Assembly (NCBI GenBank): GCA_019704295.1
Contig: AP024596.1
Coordinates: 448,001 to 512,000 of the forward strand
Origin: Sulfolobales archaeon HS-7
GTDB taxonomy: Archaea > Thermoproteota > Thermoprotei_A > Sulfolobales > Sulfolobaceae
DNA length: 64,000 nt
Direction of reading: 5' to 3'
The translations under genes and the position numbers were made by a program. This document shows positions 9,647 through 20,944 of this stretch, piece by piece. The first letter of the stretch is position 1, and every line of letters starts with the position of its first letter. The notes below the pieces were generated by a model. It saw only the letters and a list, made by a program, of their open reading frames with translations. It ran no database searches and had not been told where the DNA came from.

Positions 9647-10186
9647 ATTTACTACAATCACTTCAATTGCAAACTGTCCTGCTTTTACGCTAATATTATC
9701 TTCGAATACACCTTGATAGAGAGCTTATGAGGAAGAAGGTCTTTCCCACTCCTTGTAGGACTTTATGCTCAGCATATCCTACGCCTCAGTGTCTTGCAAA
9801 ACAGAGGTTTACTGCCTTACACCTCGCCTGTCCGTAGCGTGACGTTTATTCCTTTGATGGTTATTGTTAATACAATACCTATAAGTTAACATACTATTTT
9901 CTTCAATTTTTTCACAAAGAATTAAAATATTAATACTGGAATTGGTGATTTTTCAATCACTTTATAGAAATGAATGAGAATCGCTAAACTCAGGGAAGTT
10001 CACTACTACCTCTTTGGACCCTAAGGATCAACGCGTCTTCCTTTATGTCCTTTAGTATTGATCGTGTTCAAGGATTGAAACTGAAGAAGAGAAATTCCGT
10101 ATTAGTGGGGTATAATATTCAATATATGGACGTCATCACATCATATTAACAAGTTTTTCGTCGCCCCATTAAGATAAAGGGTGGAG

Positions 10187-11368
10187 TTACATCCTCTTTC
10201 GCGGTATCAGAGGTATCATGGCCGTAGATATCGCAGAAAGTACCAGCATAATTATAAACGAGAAGAAAAGAGAGTAGTGCATGTCAAGTAACAAGGTGAT
10301 AAGAGCAGTTCCTGCAGAACCCCCTACAGTAACTCCTATCCCCCAAATGTACGAGTTAGCTACCGTAAAGAAACTTTTCGGAAACACCTGAGACACATAT
10401 CCTAAAAGAACAGGAAAGGAGGTAAAAGCAGCAAAGGTTAGAATCGTGTAAATTACTGACGACAAAATCAGGTTATGAGCTAATGCTAGGTAAAGCCCAA
10501 AGGTAACGAGTGAAATTACGCTTGTTAAAGTATAAGAGAAAAATCCTCCTTTCCACTCCGTTACTTTGCCGAAAAACGGTTGACCTACAATGGATCCCAA
10601 AAACCCAACAGTAAGAAATATACCAGCAAGCGTTTTGGAATGATAAACGTCGTATACAAAGTCCCCAAGGAAGTTCGTCGTACCCGTAATGAACATACTC
10701 CTCACAAATACCGCAATTCCTAAAATTATCAAAAATTTGTAAAATTTCCTATCCAATTTTTCATTAACCTTCCTTACCTGCTCCATCCTTTCCTTCCTAT
10801 GAAACCTAAGACCGAATAAAATTACTAGAGATGCTACAATCATGTAGAGAGCAATCCAAGTTAGTCCGAGAAAGTACCCAGTTAAAAGTATCAAAGCGGT
10901 TACGATAGAAGGGGTTACCGATCTACCAATACTTCCAAAAGCGCCGTTTAAACCTAGAGCACCTCCAGAGGACTTTCCGAAAACCCTTGAGAGCACAGCA
11001 CCGCCTATTGGATGATAAAACGCCTGTCCCGCCCCCAGGATTATCGTTGCAATCGCTATTAGAAAATAGGAGAAGCTAGGTAAAGTAAAGGGTAACGCAA
11101 ATATAATTATGGAAATAGCCTCTAACAGAATTCCAGAGAATAACAATTCTGCATCTAGATTGTGCGTATCAGCATAGTTCCCTATTAAGGGAGAGAGCAG
11201 TCCAGACAGCAACGTGTACACTACAGCAAACGTACCCAAGAAGACTATACTTACTTTCAAAACTGTAGAGTAATATACAATTAGCAGCGGATATAACAAG
11301 AATGTCCCATCATTTATGAAATGGGCGAGTGAAGTAATTGTTAGTATCCTTAATTTACTTGACTGCAT
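10187..11368 (-). CDS. MFS transporter
   Basis: AHFIND N-terminal motif, G.YAD, FYHP.G; about 12 TM helices. Confidence 0.88.
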   Translation of the reverse strand: MQSSKLRILTITSLAHFINDGTFLLYPLLIVYYSTVLKVSIVFLGTFAVVYTLLSGLLSPLIGNYADTHNLDAELLFSGILLEAISIIIFALPFTLPSFSYFLIAIATIILGAGQAFYHPIGGAVLSRVFGKSSGGALGLNGAFGSIGRSVTPSIVTALILLTGYFLGLTWIALYMIVASLVILFGLRFHRKERMEQVRKVNEKLDRKFYKFLIILGIAVFVRSMFITGTTNFLGDFVYDVYHSKTLAGIFLTVGFLGSIVGQPFFGKVTEWKGGFFSYTLTSVISLVTFGLYLALAHNLILSSVIYTILTFAAFTSFPVLLGYVSQVFPKSFFTVANSYIWGIGVTVGGSAGTALITLLLDMHYSLFFSFIIMLVLSAISTAMIPLIPRKRM

Positions 11369-11649
11369 AAATGAGGAAGTAGGTTAAATTGCCTTTAAGA
11401 TTATCTTCAAAGGAATTAGGTTATCAAATAAACAGAGACTTCGTTCCAATTTTACATGAGATCTTCCAGGTTAAGAACGGATTAACATATTTATAGAAGG
11501 AACTTTTCGGTAAAGATTGTCGATACAAACATCATGTTCATAAGTGTTATTTATTATAACCTTTCTGCAAGAAAGTATCTCCTATAGACGGTCCTCCGCT
11601 TTCTCAACACGTATTAGGATAAATGTTAATTTCTAAACGTTTTAATATG

Positions 11650-11772
11650 GGTTCTTTCCAGAATTTCACTCGCGTTAATAGCTATTTAGATGGGCTTGCT
11701 GAAATTGAAAGCCCTCAATTACTTTTATTTAGTACTGTAAAGGTCCTAAAACTTAGGAAAGTGTTAATAATA
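11650..11772 (-). repeat. Second (inverted) copy of the 9524-9646 repeat
   Basis: Alignment by eye, see 9524. Confidence 0.65.
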
Positions 11773-11810
11773 AACCTTAAAGTTATTGAAACCAGCGAAA
11801 ATTGGGCAAA

Positions 11811-12869
11811 TCATATGTTCCATTTTTTCGCCACCACAATAATTGTCAAGCCAATACAAATAGATACAAAGGATGCTCCTATGATCGCGTAATTAGGCCT
11901 CTGCACTGCTGAATCAATAATGTATCCCACAAACCAACCACCCTGTTGAATTGAGGTAACTAAGGCGTAATCATCAATAGAGGTTAACGGGGGAATTACC
12001 TCTATGGAAAGGGGAATTAACACCTCCCACAATCCAAACATAATAGAAAAATCAGGAATTACATAGACAAGGACTATTGATGAAAACAGAAGTAAAACGA
12101 TAGATAATATAGATATGCTTTTTCTAAAATACGACAAAGTAATCAGAACCAGAAACCCGAGAAGCTCCGCAAAAGTAGAAAAGATTCCGATTGTGTAGTA
12201 TGAGAAGCCGTACACCAACTTCAGTAAAAGGTAGATATAAGGGAAGGTGAGGGAAATTGGTATTACGACTAAGAATGGGATCGTCGTAGACCTTACCAGA
12301 ATCCTTTTTCCCTTCTTAACCTCCCTTACCTCTTTCATGAATATTATAGGGAGGGAAGAAAGCGCTATTAGTAAACCCGCTATAAGAAAAATCACTCTCA
12401 CACCAATTAAAGATGCCAAAATTCCGCCGACGGCGGGGAGAGCTATTGATGGAATAATCGATATAGCCCACACTCTTGACAAAACTCCTTCTCCTAAACC
12501 CCTCATAAGGTAATAATAGTTCGGGAGGGAGAGAAAGAAGCAGTAGTATAGTAACATGTATATGAGTGCAATTACGAAGGAGTTAGCAATGTACATTAAT
12601 ATAATACCCGTTCCGCTGAGGATCATTCCTACTACTGTTACTATCTTTGGACCAACAAGCTTGGCTAACATAGATCCTACCAGAGGAAGGGGGATAGTTA
12701 CTGCAGTCAGAAGCAGGAAAAAGTAACCTAGCAAGTCCTCTGGAAAGAATCTAACTAGATAAATGGAAAGAAAGGGGTAATAGAGATAGTATCCGGCCCC
12801 CCATAAAAACCAACTCGCAGATATCTTAACCTCCTCTGCACTCACCCAGTTCACCTTACCTTCGACCAC
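11811..12869 (-). CDS. Divergent MFS-type membrane transporter
   Basis: Hydrophobic; YYPFLSIYL, GSMLAKLVGPK motif-A-like loop, PAVGGILA. Confidence 0.75.
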   Translation of the reverse strand: MVEGKVNWVSAEEVKISASWFLWGAGYYLYYPFLSIYLVRFFPEDLLGYFFLLLTAVTIPLPLVGSMLAKLVGPKIVTVVGMILSGTGIILMYIANSFVIALIYMLLYYCFFLSLPNYYYLMRGLGEGVLSRVWAISIIPSIALPAVGGILASLIGVRVIFLIAGLLIALSSLPIIFMKEVREVKKGKRILVRSTTIPFLVVIPISLTFPYIYLLLKLVYGFSYYTIGIFSTFAELLGFLVLITLSYFRKSISILSIVLLLFSSIVLVYVIPDFSIMFGLWEVLIPLSIEVIPPLTSIDDYALVTSIQQGGWFVGYIIDSAVQRPNYAIIGASFVSICIGLTIIVVAKKWNI

Positions 12870-12978
12870 TAATTAACATAAAGATAGCCCGTTACTATAC
12901 CTTTTAAACTCTTAAGAAATTTCCTGAAATTTCGATTTAACCCGGTCATAAAGAGTGAATGCGTCAGCCGCTCAGCAA

Positions 12979-13262
12979 AGATGGTGGAGGGGGTGAAAAG
13001 TCGTTGTCAACATTTTCGAATAAACAGTAAAGTTAAATGCTTCATACATTAAAAATATTTTATAATTCTTATCACTAAATGTAAATAAGCTTTCACGAAA
13101 GGTAACAGGACACAAAATATGCGGGTTTCTTCATATCTATGAGTAGGTGTGGGTTGGGGTTATTAACCAAAGGGACGGAAAAGGTTAACCCAGCAAACAC
13201 CGTGACTTTAATGAAGTCTAGGGTTGAAAGTTGAGATGAAATCTTATTAAAGCCGAAACGAC
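12979..13262 (+). mobile_element. Decayed IS607-type tnpB-3'-end mini-element, copy 1
   Basis: Blocks ATGCGGGT..CATA / GGGGTTAT...AAAGGGACGGA / CCGTGACTTT / ATGAAA...AAGCCGAAAC are colinear with 40464-40656 and resemble Sulfolobales IS607 orfB 3' ends (from memory). Confidence 0.55.
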
Positions 13263-13814
13263 TAATGTTAGTGATAGATGAGCACTTAAATCTTTCTTCA
13301 AATTACTTAAGCAACGTTACGCTTCCTTGTAATCTAGAGTGAGGATCAAGTTTCTCCACCTGGGTAATAGTTCCTTGAGCTAGACGATTCTAAAGGAGAT
13401 AAAGGGAGATATGTTGATCTTTAGAGTCTAGGGAGATATAGCGAAGCCCAGATCGATCAAGCGCTTAATGATACTGAGGAAGGGGAAACTAACAATATCT
13501 CATACTTCTCCTGTCTCTATCGACCTGAAGGTTATCTGTAACCGAAGCCCTATTTCTCAAGTTGGGTATCTCTAAACCATTGGACTACTTACCAATTGAG
13601 GGACGTATTTCAGAATAAGATTGGAAACTATTGACTCCTTCCAAGGTAATTCTCACTATCTCAGGGGGTAGAGCTTCACGCTTAAGGAAATCAACGACAT
13701 CCACCCGACTCAAGTCCGTATTACAGAGACTTATCATCGTGTTTTATAAGGTGAAATCGGATACTCGACCTACATATAAGGAGAATTTTAAACCACGGAC
13801 AGGAAAGGTATTGT

Positions 13815-15092
13815 ATGGGATATTTTGATGATTTACCTTGGACAACCAGAGTAAGGACATTCCTCATTGCCTCCTCAGGAATTTTACTAGATGGATACGA
13901 CCTTTCAACGATCTCGTTTGCTCTTCTCTTAATCAGGGGAGAACTTCATCTAACAACTTTAGAATATAGTTTGTCAACGGCGTCGTCCCTATTCGGTATG
14001 ATAATAGGTTCGATAATAATGGGGTGGCTCTCAGATAAGGCCGGAAGGAAAACCCTTTTAGGCATAGACCTTCTGTTTTTCCTAATATTCGGCACACTCT
14101 CTGCACTATCAACGAATTTTGCGGAACTGTTCACGTTTAGGCTATTACTTGGAGTAGGAATAGGTGCGGATTACCCAATAAGTTCTTCCCTGATGGCAGA
14201 AGTCGCCTCCTCGCAAAGTAGAGGAAAATATCTTATCGGTTCTGTCGCAATGTATTGGATAGGTACGGGGCTTGCAGCAGGATTGACTGCGTCCTTACTT
14301 TACCTCGGACCGTATTTCTGGAGATATGTCTTCCTGATTGGCGGTCTATTAGCTATCCCCATAGTTTTAGCTAGATTAACAATTTCAGAATCTCCAAGGT
14401 GGATGGTAATGGCAGGAAAACTTGCTGGAAATAACGTACCAACTAGAGAGGAGGAAACTGTAGGGTTAACCTCATTTAAAGGTTTATTCTCTTCTAAAGT
14501 TATAAAAATTACAACTTATGTACTTGCAGCGTGGTTTCTATTCGACGTAGCATCGTATGGAATCGGGCTTTACTACCCTCTTCTCCTTAGTGACTTTGGT
14601 TTCAAGACGCTGTACTCTGTGGCCATTGCCAACGTATTCATAGCCGTAGCCGCTATTGGAGGTTATCTGCTTGCTCTTCCCCTGATTGATACGTTAGGCA
14701 GGAAAGGAATGTTATTGGCCGGGTTTGGAGGTATGGCGTTTATCTTATTCTTTGGAGCAATAACAAGAGCAACTGGTTATTCGCTCCTAGCAACCTTTAT
14801 GAGTTTTGCAGCAATAGAACAGTGGGCCGGAGCGATAACATTATTCTATCCCACTGAGGTCTTTCCGACAAGTGTGAGGGCATCAGGACAAGGTCTTGCT
14901 ACTGCAGTAAGCAGAGTAGGAGCAGTAATAGGCGTTTTCGTTTTCCCCTACGTTACAACTATTATGGGATTATCTAGATCGCTAATCATGTTTGGAATAT
15001 TCTCTTTAGTCGGGCTTATATTAACGGCATTTTTAGCAAAGGAAACCAAAAAGAAAGCGTTAGAGGAGATATCCAAAAAAATTATATCTTAA
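13815..15092 (+). CDS. MFS transporter (sugar/organic acid/phosphate porter type)
   Basis: LDGYD, GWLSDKAGRK, GIGADYP, ESPRW, TEVFPT..RA. Confidence 0.92.
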   Translation: MGYFDDLPWTTRVRTFLIASSGILLDGYDLSTISFALLLIRGELHLTTLEYSLSTASSLFGMIIGSIIMGWLSDKAGRKTLLGIDLLFFLIFGTLSALSTNFAELFTFRLLLGVGIGADYPISSSLMAEVASSQSRGKYLIGSVAMYWIGTGLAAGLTASLLYLGPYFWRYVFLIGGLLAIPIVLARLTISESPRWMVMAGKLAGNNVPTREEETVGLTSFKGLFSSKVIKITTYVLAAWFLFDVASYGIGLYYPLLLSDFGFKTLYSVAIANVFIAVAAIGGYLLALPLIDTLGRKGMLLAGFGGMAFILFFGAITRATGYSLLATFMSFAAIEQWAGAITLFYPTEVFPTSVRASGQGLATAVSRVGAVIGVFVFPYVTTIMGLSRSLIMFGIFSLVGLILTAFLAKETKKKALEEISKKIIS

Positions 15093-15865
15093 TATATACA
15101 TTGAGATGCCAGTGGTCCTGCAGCATAAAGTATGTAACTTTCTATATAGTTAGATTCGTTGACTATTGCACTGAAACTATCGAGATGTGACATCACGTAT
15201 TGCGGAGTGTAACCCTCTAGTAGTTTAGGACTAACTAAGGCTCCCGTAAGTACGTAAGTGCCGTTAGGACCTGTGATTAAAAGTCCGAAGTTCAAATGCG
15301 GGGGCTTAACAACTAAAGCGCTTGCGTTATTGTAATTTATTAAGGGTACCTGCGTTTCATATTTGATCATTAGGGCTGCTATATTCTGGGGAAGTTGAGC
15401 GTAGAGGACCTGTTCACCAACAGGGATTAGCTGATTAACAGGGATCGGTTGACCTGAAGGGGTTGCGTTAAGATATTCATTATATGTGTACACTACTTCA
15501 TATTCGACCACACCGGAGGGTTTAAATCCAGTAAATATTAGACCCGGTACGTTTGAAGCCGCCTTATCGAAAGGATCAGAGTAGTGTTCGTAATATGATA
15601 AGTTTCCGTAATGGAATAACACGTTATATATAACCCAAGAAGCCGCCGCTCCCACCGGGCATCCGATCCATGACTGTTCAACTATCAGGATCTTTCCTTT
15701 GGGAGCGTAATCTACGTTACTTATTTTTACGAACTTTCCGTATGGTATGGCCTGACTCTTACCTATAATGTATTTATAACCCACAAAATAAAATGCTAGC
15801 ACACCCGCTATTATTACAATTATTAGTCCTATGGTCACTAATTTATTCATTATTACTTTTTTCAT
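15089..15865 (-). CDS. DUF929-family membrane-anchored thioredoxin-like protein
   Basis: N-terminal TM helix, SWIGCPVGAAASW motif. Confidence 0.75.
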   Translation of the reverse strand: MKKVIMNKLVTIGLIIVIIAGVLAFYFVGYKYIIGKSQAIPYGKFVKISNVDYAPKGKILIVEQSWIGCPVGAAASWVIYNVLFHYGNLSYYEHYSDPFDKAASNVPGLIFTGFKPSGVVEYEVVYTYNEYLNATPSGQPIPVNQLIPVGEQVLYAQLPQNIAALMIKYETQVPLINYNNASALVVKPPHLNFGLLITGPNGTYVLTGALVSPKLLEGYTPQYVMSHLDSFSAIVNESNYIESYILYAAGPLASQCIY

Positions 15866-15990
15866 ACAATAGTTTATAAAAGTAATGTTGAATTATAAGC
15901 TCATTCAACTAGATCTACGCCTTTTAAATATGTAGTCCTATAAGCTTATTATAAGAAAAAATTTTAGGTAAGTAAGGATCACTTCTTTTC

Positions 15991-16461
15991 ATGACAAAGG
16001 TAGGAGATAAGTTACCAAATGTAACGTTAATAAACCAGGACTTAAAGTCAGTAAATCTAGGAGAATTGAAAGGAAAGGTAACAGTTTTGGCGTTCTTCCC
16101 AGCAGCTTTCACTTCCGTATGTACTAAGGAAATGTGCACATTTAGAGATAATCTCTCAAAGTTCAATAACCTAAACGCAACTGTTTTCGGTATTTCAGTT
16201 GACCCGCCATTTAGCAATAAGGCCTTTAAGGAAGCGAATAAGCTTAACTTCGACCTTCTTAGCGACTTCAACAGGGAAGCTGTTAGGGCTTTTGAAATAG
16301 AGACTGAGTTACCCGTATTAAAAGGCTACAAGCTTGCAAAGCGTTCAGTGTTCGTTGCAGATAAGGAAGGAGTAATAAGATACGTATGGGTATCCGAAGA
16401 TGCCGGAAAGGAACCTAACTACTCTGAAATTGAGGAAGTTGTTAAAAAATTAAATAGTTGA
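15991..16461 (+). CDS. Peroxiredoxin (Bcp/PrxQ type)
   Basis: FFPAAFTSVCTKEMC, GISVD, LLSD, KRSVFV. Confidence 0.93.
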   Translation: MTKVGDKLPNVTLINQDLKSVNLGELKGKVTVLAFFPAAFTSVCTKEMCTFRDNLSKFNNLNATVFGISVDPPFSNKAFKEANKLNFDLLSDFNREAVRAFEIETELPVLKGYKLAKRSVFVADKEGVIRYVWVSEDAGKEPNYSEIEEVVKKLNS

Positions 16462-16465
16462 CTTT

Positions 16466-16711
16466 TTACGCAGTAACATGCAGCTTATCCGTTAACCTAT
16501 CTAAAATTTCCTTATTTTCAGGAAGCCTTTTCTCTTTATATCTAGAGAATACCATTTCCTCATCAAAGTATACGTCAAATATACCGTTAGTCCCTGCCTC
16601 CAATGTAACTTTGACTCCATTTAGGCCATATAACTTTAATATCTCATTTGCGAGGGAAGTAGCCCTATCTGTATATCCACAAGGTTTACAAAACACGATT
16701 CGAACATTCAT
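16466..16711 (-). CDS. Rdx-family (SelW/SelT/SelH-like) Cys redox protein
   Basis: CKPCGY...G.FDV....VFSR....LP. Confidence 0.85.
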   Translation of the reverse strand: MNVRIVFCKPCGYTDRATSLANEILKLYGLNGVKVTLEAGTNGIFDVYFDEEMVFSRYKEKRLPENKEILDRLTDKLHVTA

Positions 16712-17116
16712 AGAAAACTATACTCAATTATAACTATTAAAATTACCTAGTAGAGATAGTCTACTAAATTTTTACGTAAATGTTAGTCGTTTTTGATTGC
16801 CCTTAACCAGAATAACGTAATTAAGAAAGCTGAGGATATGGTTCTATAGCCGGTTAGCGCAACTAATGGATCTGTATCCGTAATGCTTTACATTGTTAGA
16901 AAATTTTAGAAAAGCCTCCTACCATACGCTAAAATAAGCTAGACTTGTCCTTATTATGCAAAGATATCTTTTCCTGCATCTGTTTACCATGCAGAAGGAA
17001 GAACGAAGAAAGTGTATAACGAGAGTAAGCTAATCATAACGTATATATTTTCATTACAATTTGCAATCTATCATAGCAATCATTAGCTTTTTAACTGTTA
17101 ACTAGCTTATGATCTT

Positions 17117-18793
17117 ATGCAATACAAGTGGATTGCTCTAACTAATACTACTTTAGGAGTTCTGATGGGAGCGATGAATGGTACAATATTGCTTATCTCC
17201 CTGCCAGCCATCTTTAGAGGAATCGGAATAAATCCTTTCAATTCCTTTCAATATCTGCTCTGGGTTCTATTCGGATATAATATAGCCACAGCTACCCTTC
17301 TCGTGACTTTCGGAAGGATATCTGATATGTTTGGACGCGTTAGACTCTACAACCTCGGTTTTCTAATATTCACCATAGGTTCCATCCTCTTATTTCTAAC
17401 TCCAGGTAAGGGAAATGAAGCAGCACTAGAGATAATATTCTTTAGATTAGTCCAGGGTGTAGGCGCTGCATTCCTGATGGCTAATAGCGCTGCGATAATA
17501 ACAGACGCTTTTGGACCGCAAGAAAGGGGAAAAGCATTGGGTTTAAATCAGGTAGCAGCACTTGCAGGTTCGCTGTTAGGATTGATCCTCGGCGGGATAC
17601 TTGCCGTATTGAACTGGAGATACGTTTTCCTAGTTAGCGTTCCCTTCGGAATTGCAGGAACGATATGGTCGTACACTAAACTTAGGGAAATGGGAAAGAT
17701 AACCTCTGGTCAAAAAATAGATTACCTAGGGAACCTTCTTTTCGGCGCTGGGTTGATATTCATCTTGATAGGAGTGACTTATGGATTACTTCCTTACGGA
17801 AATTCATCAATGGGTTGGGGAGATCCCTGGGTTATAACCTCTATCGCTGCAGGATTAGCTATGCTTGTCGTATTCCCATTCGTGGAGAAGAAGGTTAAAT
17901 ATCCGATGTTCCGTTTAGAACTTTTTAAATTGAGACCCTTCGCCATGGGAAGTATAGCAACACTTCTTAGCGCGATAGCTTTTGGTGGAGTGCAGATTAT
18001 CCTTATAATATTACTCCAGGGAATATGGCTACCTCTTCATGGTTACAGTTACTCCTCAACTCCTTTCTGGGCGGGGGTCTATATGATTCCGCTAAGCCTA
18101 GGGTTTGTAACGTTGGGACCAATTAGTGGAAGACTCTCCGATAAGTATGGTTCCAGACTGCTGTCAACACTGGGTATGATAGTAGTTGCGATATCATTTC
18201 TCGCTTTATTAACCCTCCCATATAACTTCAATTATGCCGATTTCGCCGTAATCATATATGTGATGGGATTAGGTAACGGACTATTCATAGCACCGAATAC
18301 GGCATCTATCATGAATTCGGTGCCTCCTGAACACAGGGGTTCAGCCTCGGGTATGAGGAGCACTTTTCAGAACGTTGGTCAGACGACAAGTATAGCAATT
18401 TTCTTTTCCATAGTTATCTACTATCTTGGATTAGGATTAAGTAGCGCGTTTAATACCGCTCTCGCCTCATCGCCTGCATTAGCTCACGCTTTCTCATCTA
18501 TACCCCCTACTGGTGCTCTATTTGCAGCTTTCCTGGGATATGATCCTGTTAAAACCGTGCTAGGGTCATTGCCTCCATCTATAGCTTCATCAATAAACCC
18601 ATCTATACTAAATACGATAACCCAAAGGACGTGGTTTCCCACAACAATAGCTCCACCATTTATGAGAGCACTAGATATAGCCTTCATTATATCAGCAATA
18701 ATTTCAATAGGGGCCGCAATATCATCATATTTAAGAGGTAAGCAATTCATTTACGAGCGTGACGTAATTGGAGAAGTACAGAGAACAGGTTGA
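17117..18793 (+). CDS. 14-TM DHA2-type MFS efflux transporter
   Basis: [30 protein letters not shown]. Confidence 0.92.
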   Translation: MQYKWIALTNTTLGVLMGAMNGTILLISLPAIFRGIGINPFNSFQYLLWVLFGYNIATATLLVTFGRISDMFGRVRLYNLGFLIFTIGSILLFLTPGKGNEAALEIIFFRLVQGVGAAFLMANSAAIITDAFGPQERGKALGLNQVAALAGSLLGLILGGILAVLNWRYVFLVSVPFGIAGTIWSYTKLREMGKITSGQKIDYLGNLLFGAGLIFILIGVTYGLLPYGNSSMGWGDPWVITSIAAGLAMLVVFPFVEKKVKYPMFRLELFKLRPFAMGSIATLLSAIAFGGVQIILIILLQGIWLPLHGYSYSSTPFWAGVYMIPLSLGFVTLGPISGRLSDKYGSRLLSTLGMIVVAISFLALLTLPYNFNYADFAVIIYVMGLGNGLFIAPNTASIMNSVPPEHRGSASGMRSTFQNVGQTTSIAIFFSIVIYYLGLGLSSAFNTALASSPALAHAFSSIPPTGALFAAFLGYDPVKTVLGSLPPSIASSINPSILNTITQRTWFPTTIAPPFMRALDIAFIISAIISIGAAISSYLRGKQFIYERDVIGEVQRTG

Positions 18794-19187
18794 ATTATGG
18801 GAGGCTATAGTAAAGTTAGTCAGGGCTGTAAACAGGGATTTTGATAAAGGTCTTCAAAAAATTGGAATATCTTTTATGGAATTTAAGGTTCTAGATATAA
18901 TAAAAAAGGAGGGCTCTTTGCCTATGGTAAAGGTGGTCTCTGAAATGCTGATCACGAAACCAGGACTTACAAGCGTTGTGGATAAATTGGAGAGAAAAGG
19001 ATTAGTTAAACGGGAACGTTCTCTTCAAGATAGAAGAATAATAATGCTTAGATTGACTGAAGAGGGAGAGATAACTTGGAGAACCTCTGTAGAAATTTAT
19101 AAGACAATGGTCTCGGAAATCCTTCAGAAAATTTCTCCTAAAGAAATGAACACATTGCTAGAAATCATAAGGAGATTATCGAGCTAG
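18768..19187 (+). CDS. MarR-family regulator
   Basis: [16 protein letters not shown].....DRR...LTEEG. Confidence 0.9.
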   Translation: MEKYREQVELWEAIVKLVRAVNRDFDKGLQKIGISFMEFKVLDIIKKEGSLPMVKVVSEMLITKPGLTSVVDKLERKGLVKRERSLQDRRIIMLRLTEEGEITWRTSVEIYKTMVSEILQKISPKEMNTLLEIIRRLSS

Positions 19188-19437
19188 CAAGCTTGGTTCG
19201 GATATGCACTACTCGTGATAGCTTACATTTCGTCCACGGGTTACTCACGCGTTCATTGTGAATTCAGTTTATTTAGAAAAATCAGATGAATTTAATTAGA
19301 TGTTATCTTATGGACTAGTAGGGATTCACACTCAACAGTTTCCTTTATTTAATCGAATCTTTGCCATTACTACAATTCGCAATGGAAACCTGAATCACCT
19401 ACACATGGTTTTAAAAATATAAAAAAGCTTTTAGTTA

Positions 19438-20154
19438 CTAAGCTTGAGCCTTATTTTCTTCTTCGATAGCCCAAGGAAACACTCTACCATTTAACAGGTC
19501 CTCTGACACTTCTTCCATGTCCTTAATAGTATCTACAGATCTCCAGTAGGCATCAAATTTAGTCCCCTTAATTTTTCCCTCCTTAGCTAGTTCAGGGAAG
19601 GTTACCTTCTCTAGATCGCCTTTATCTGGAAGGATGTCGAGTATTTGGGAACTCATAAGATAGATACCCGCATTTATCCAGTACTCCTTTAGGTACGGTT
19701 TTTCGTCGAACCTTATTACATCATTATTTTCATTGACGTAAACTATGCCGAATGGACTCTTTAGCGGAACTAAGGCTATGTTAACGGTTTCCCCATTAAG
19801 ACGAATGCGAGTAAGATCTACATTAGAAATTATATCTCCATTAAATAATAGGAAATCCTCACCAGTTAAGATATGACCGGCGTTTTTCACTGCTCCAGCC
19901 GTGCCTAAAGGTTCTTCTTCGATTGAGTAGACTATATTTACTCCAAACCTCTTCCCTCCCCCTAAATACTCTATTAATTTTTCCTTTTTGTATCCAGCTA
20001 AGATTACAATTGATGTTATTCCGAACCTCTTAAGCCACATTATCTGCCATTCGATTATTGCCTTTCCACCTAATTCTACTAAGGGTTTCGGTTTATCGTC
20101 AGTATAAGGACGAAGTCTCTTCCCAAACCCTCCTGCTAATATGACCGCTTTCAC
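19438..20154 (-). CDS. Sugar-phosphate nucleotidyltransferase (NTP_transferase)
   Basis: AVILAGGFGKRLRPYT...PKPL, EPLGTAGA, NGD, EKP, INAGIY. Confidence 0.92.
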   Translation of the reverse strand: MKAVILAGGFGKRLRPYTDDKPKPLVELGGKAIIEWQIMWLKRFGITSIVILAGYKKEKLIEYLGGGKRFGVNIVYSIEEEPLGTAGAVKNAGHILTGEDFLLFNGDIISNVDLTRIRLNGETVNIALVPLKSPFGIVYVNENNDVIRFDEKPYLKEYWINAGIYLMSSQILDILPDKGDLEKVTFPELAKEGKIKGTKFDAYWRSVDTIKDMEEVSEDLLNGRVFPWAIEEENKAQA

Positions 20155-20393
20155 AGGAAATACTAATTTTTGAAGTAAATAATATAGCTATTCTAACTAT
20201 TAGTTTACAATGAGTAGGTCTTTAAGCTACTAACTTCGTAATAATTTTAAGGCGTCGATCTAGCACAGTTGTTACACTGGTGATTTCGTAAAGTCCTTTT
20301 CATTAAGAAAACGTTAAAACGATGAAATCTACCAAAAATACTAATGCGTTTTTCTAGAAGAATTTATTACTCTTTAATTATTCTACGTTAAAT

Positions 20394-20939
20394 ATGAACA
20401 GGAATAAAATTTCAGGATTATTACTATTTATCGGTATAGCTCAATTCTTATTACTAATGCTTCTTTCTGAGGTAATCTACCCAGGATATAGTATATCTCA
20501 TAATTACATAAGTGATTTAGGTGTTGGAAAAACCGCGTTGATATTTAATTCCTCTATAATTTTACTTGGGGTACTTCTCATAGCGTCTGGTGCTCTCTTT
20601 ACAACTTCAACAGTATTTAGGATTTTGATTATATTAACAGGGATTGGAGCTGCGGGGGTCGGTCTATTCCCAGAGACTACGGGAACGCCACATCTGATTT
20701 CGGCTTTATTAGCGTTTCTATTCAGTAGTCTAGCATCATTTGTAACTGTAAGAGTAAGTAGAACGCCCCTTAAGTACATTTATCCTATACTGGGCGGAAT
20801 GGGATTAGTGGCTTTGACTCTTTTCATATTAAAGGATTATTTAGGATTAGGACCTGGAGGGATGGAAAGATTCATAGTATATCCTAATATGTTATGGGCG
20901 CTAGGATTTGCCAATGAGATTGTAGAGATACAATCTTAG
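20394..20939 (+). CDS. DUF998-family membrane protein
   Basis: YPGYS...NYISDLG, VGLFPE, H, G.GGMER. Confidence 0.8.
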   Translation: MNRNKISGLLLFIGIAQFLLLMLLSEVIYPGYSISHNYISDLGVGKTALIFNSSIILLGVLLIASGALFTTSTVFRILIILTGIGAAGVGLFPETTGTPHLISALLAFLFSSLASFVTVRVSRTPLKYIYPILGGMGLVALTLFILKDYLGLGPGGMERFIVYPNMLWALGFANEIVEIQS

Positions 20940-20944
20940 GAAAA

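Noticed and set aside
11623-11892. 89-aa ORF
   Set aside because: Lies on a non-coding repeat copy and overlaps the end of an MFS gene.
13300-13828. Short ORFs or a possible pseudogene upstream of the MFS gene
   Set aside because: Only 50-65 aa frames with no recognisable similarity; cannot be supported.
16466-16711. Selenoprotein recoding in the Rdx or SelD-like genes
   Set aside because: Both use Cys codons and have no in-frame TGA.
17091-17101. TTAACTGTTAA as a MarR operator
   Set aside because: Only 5-bp AT-rich arms; could easily arise by chance.
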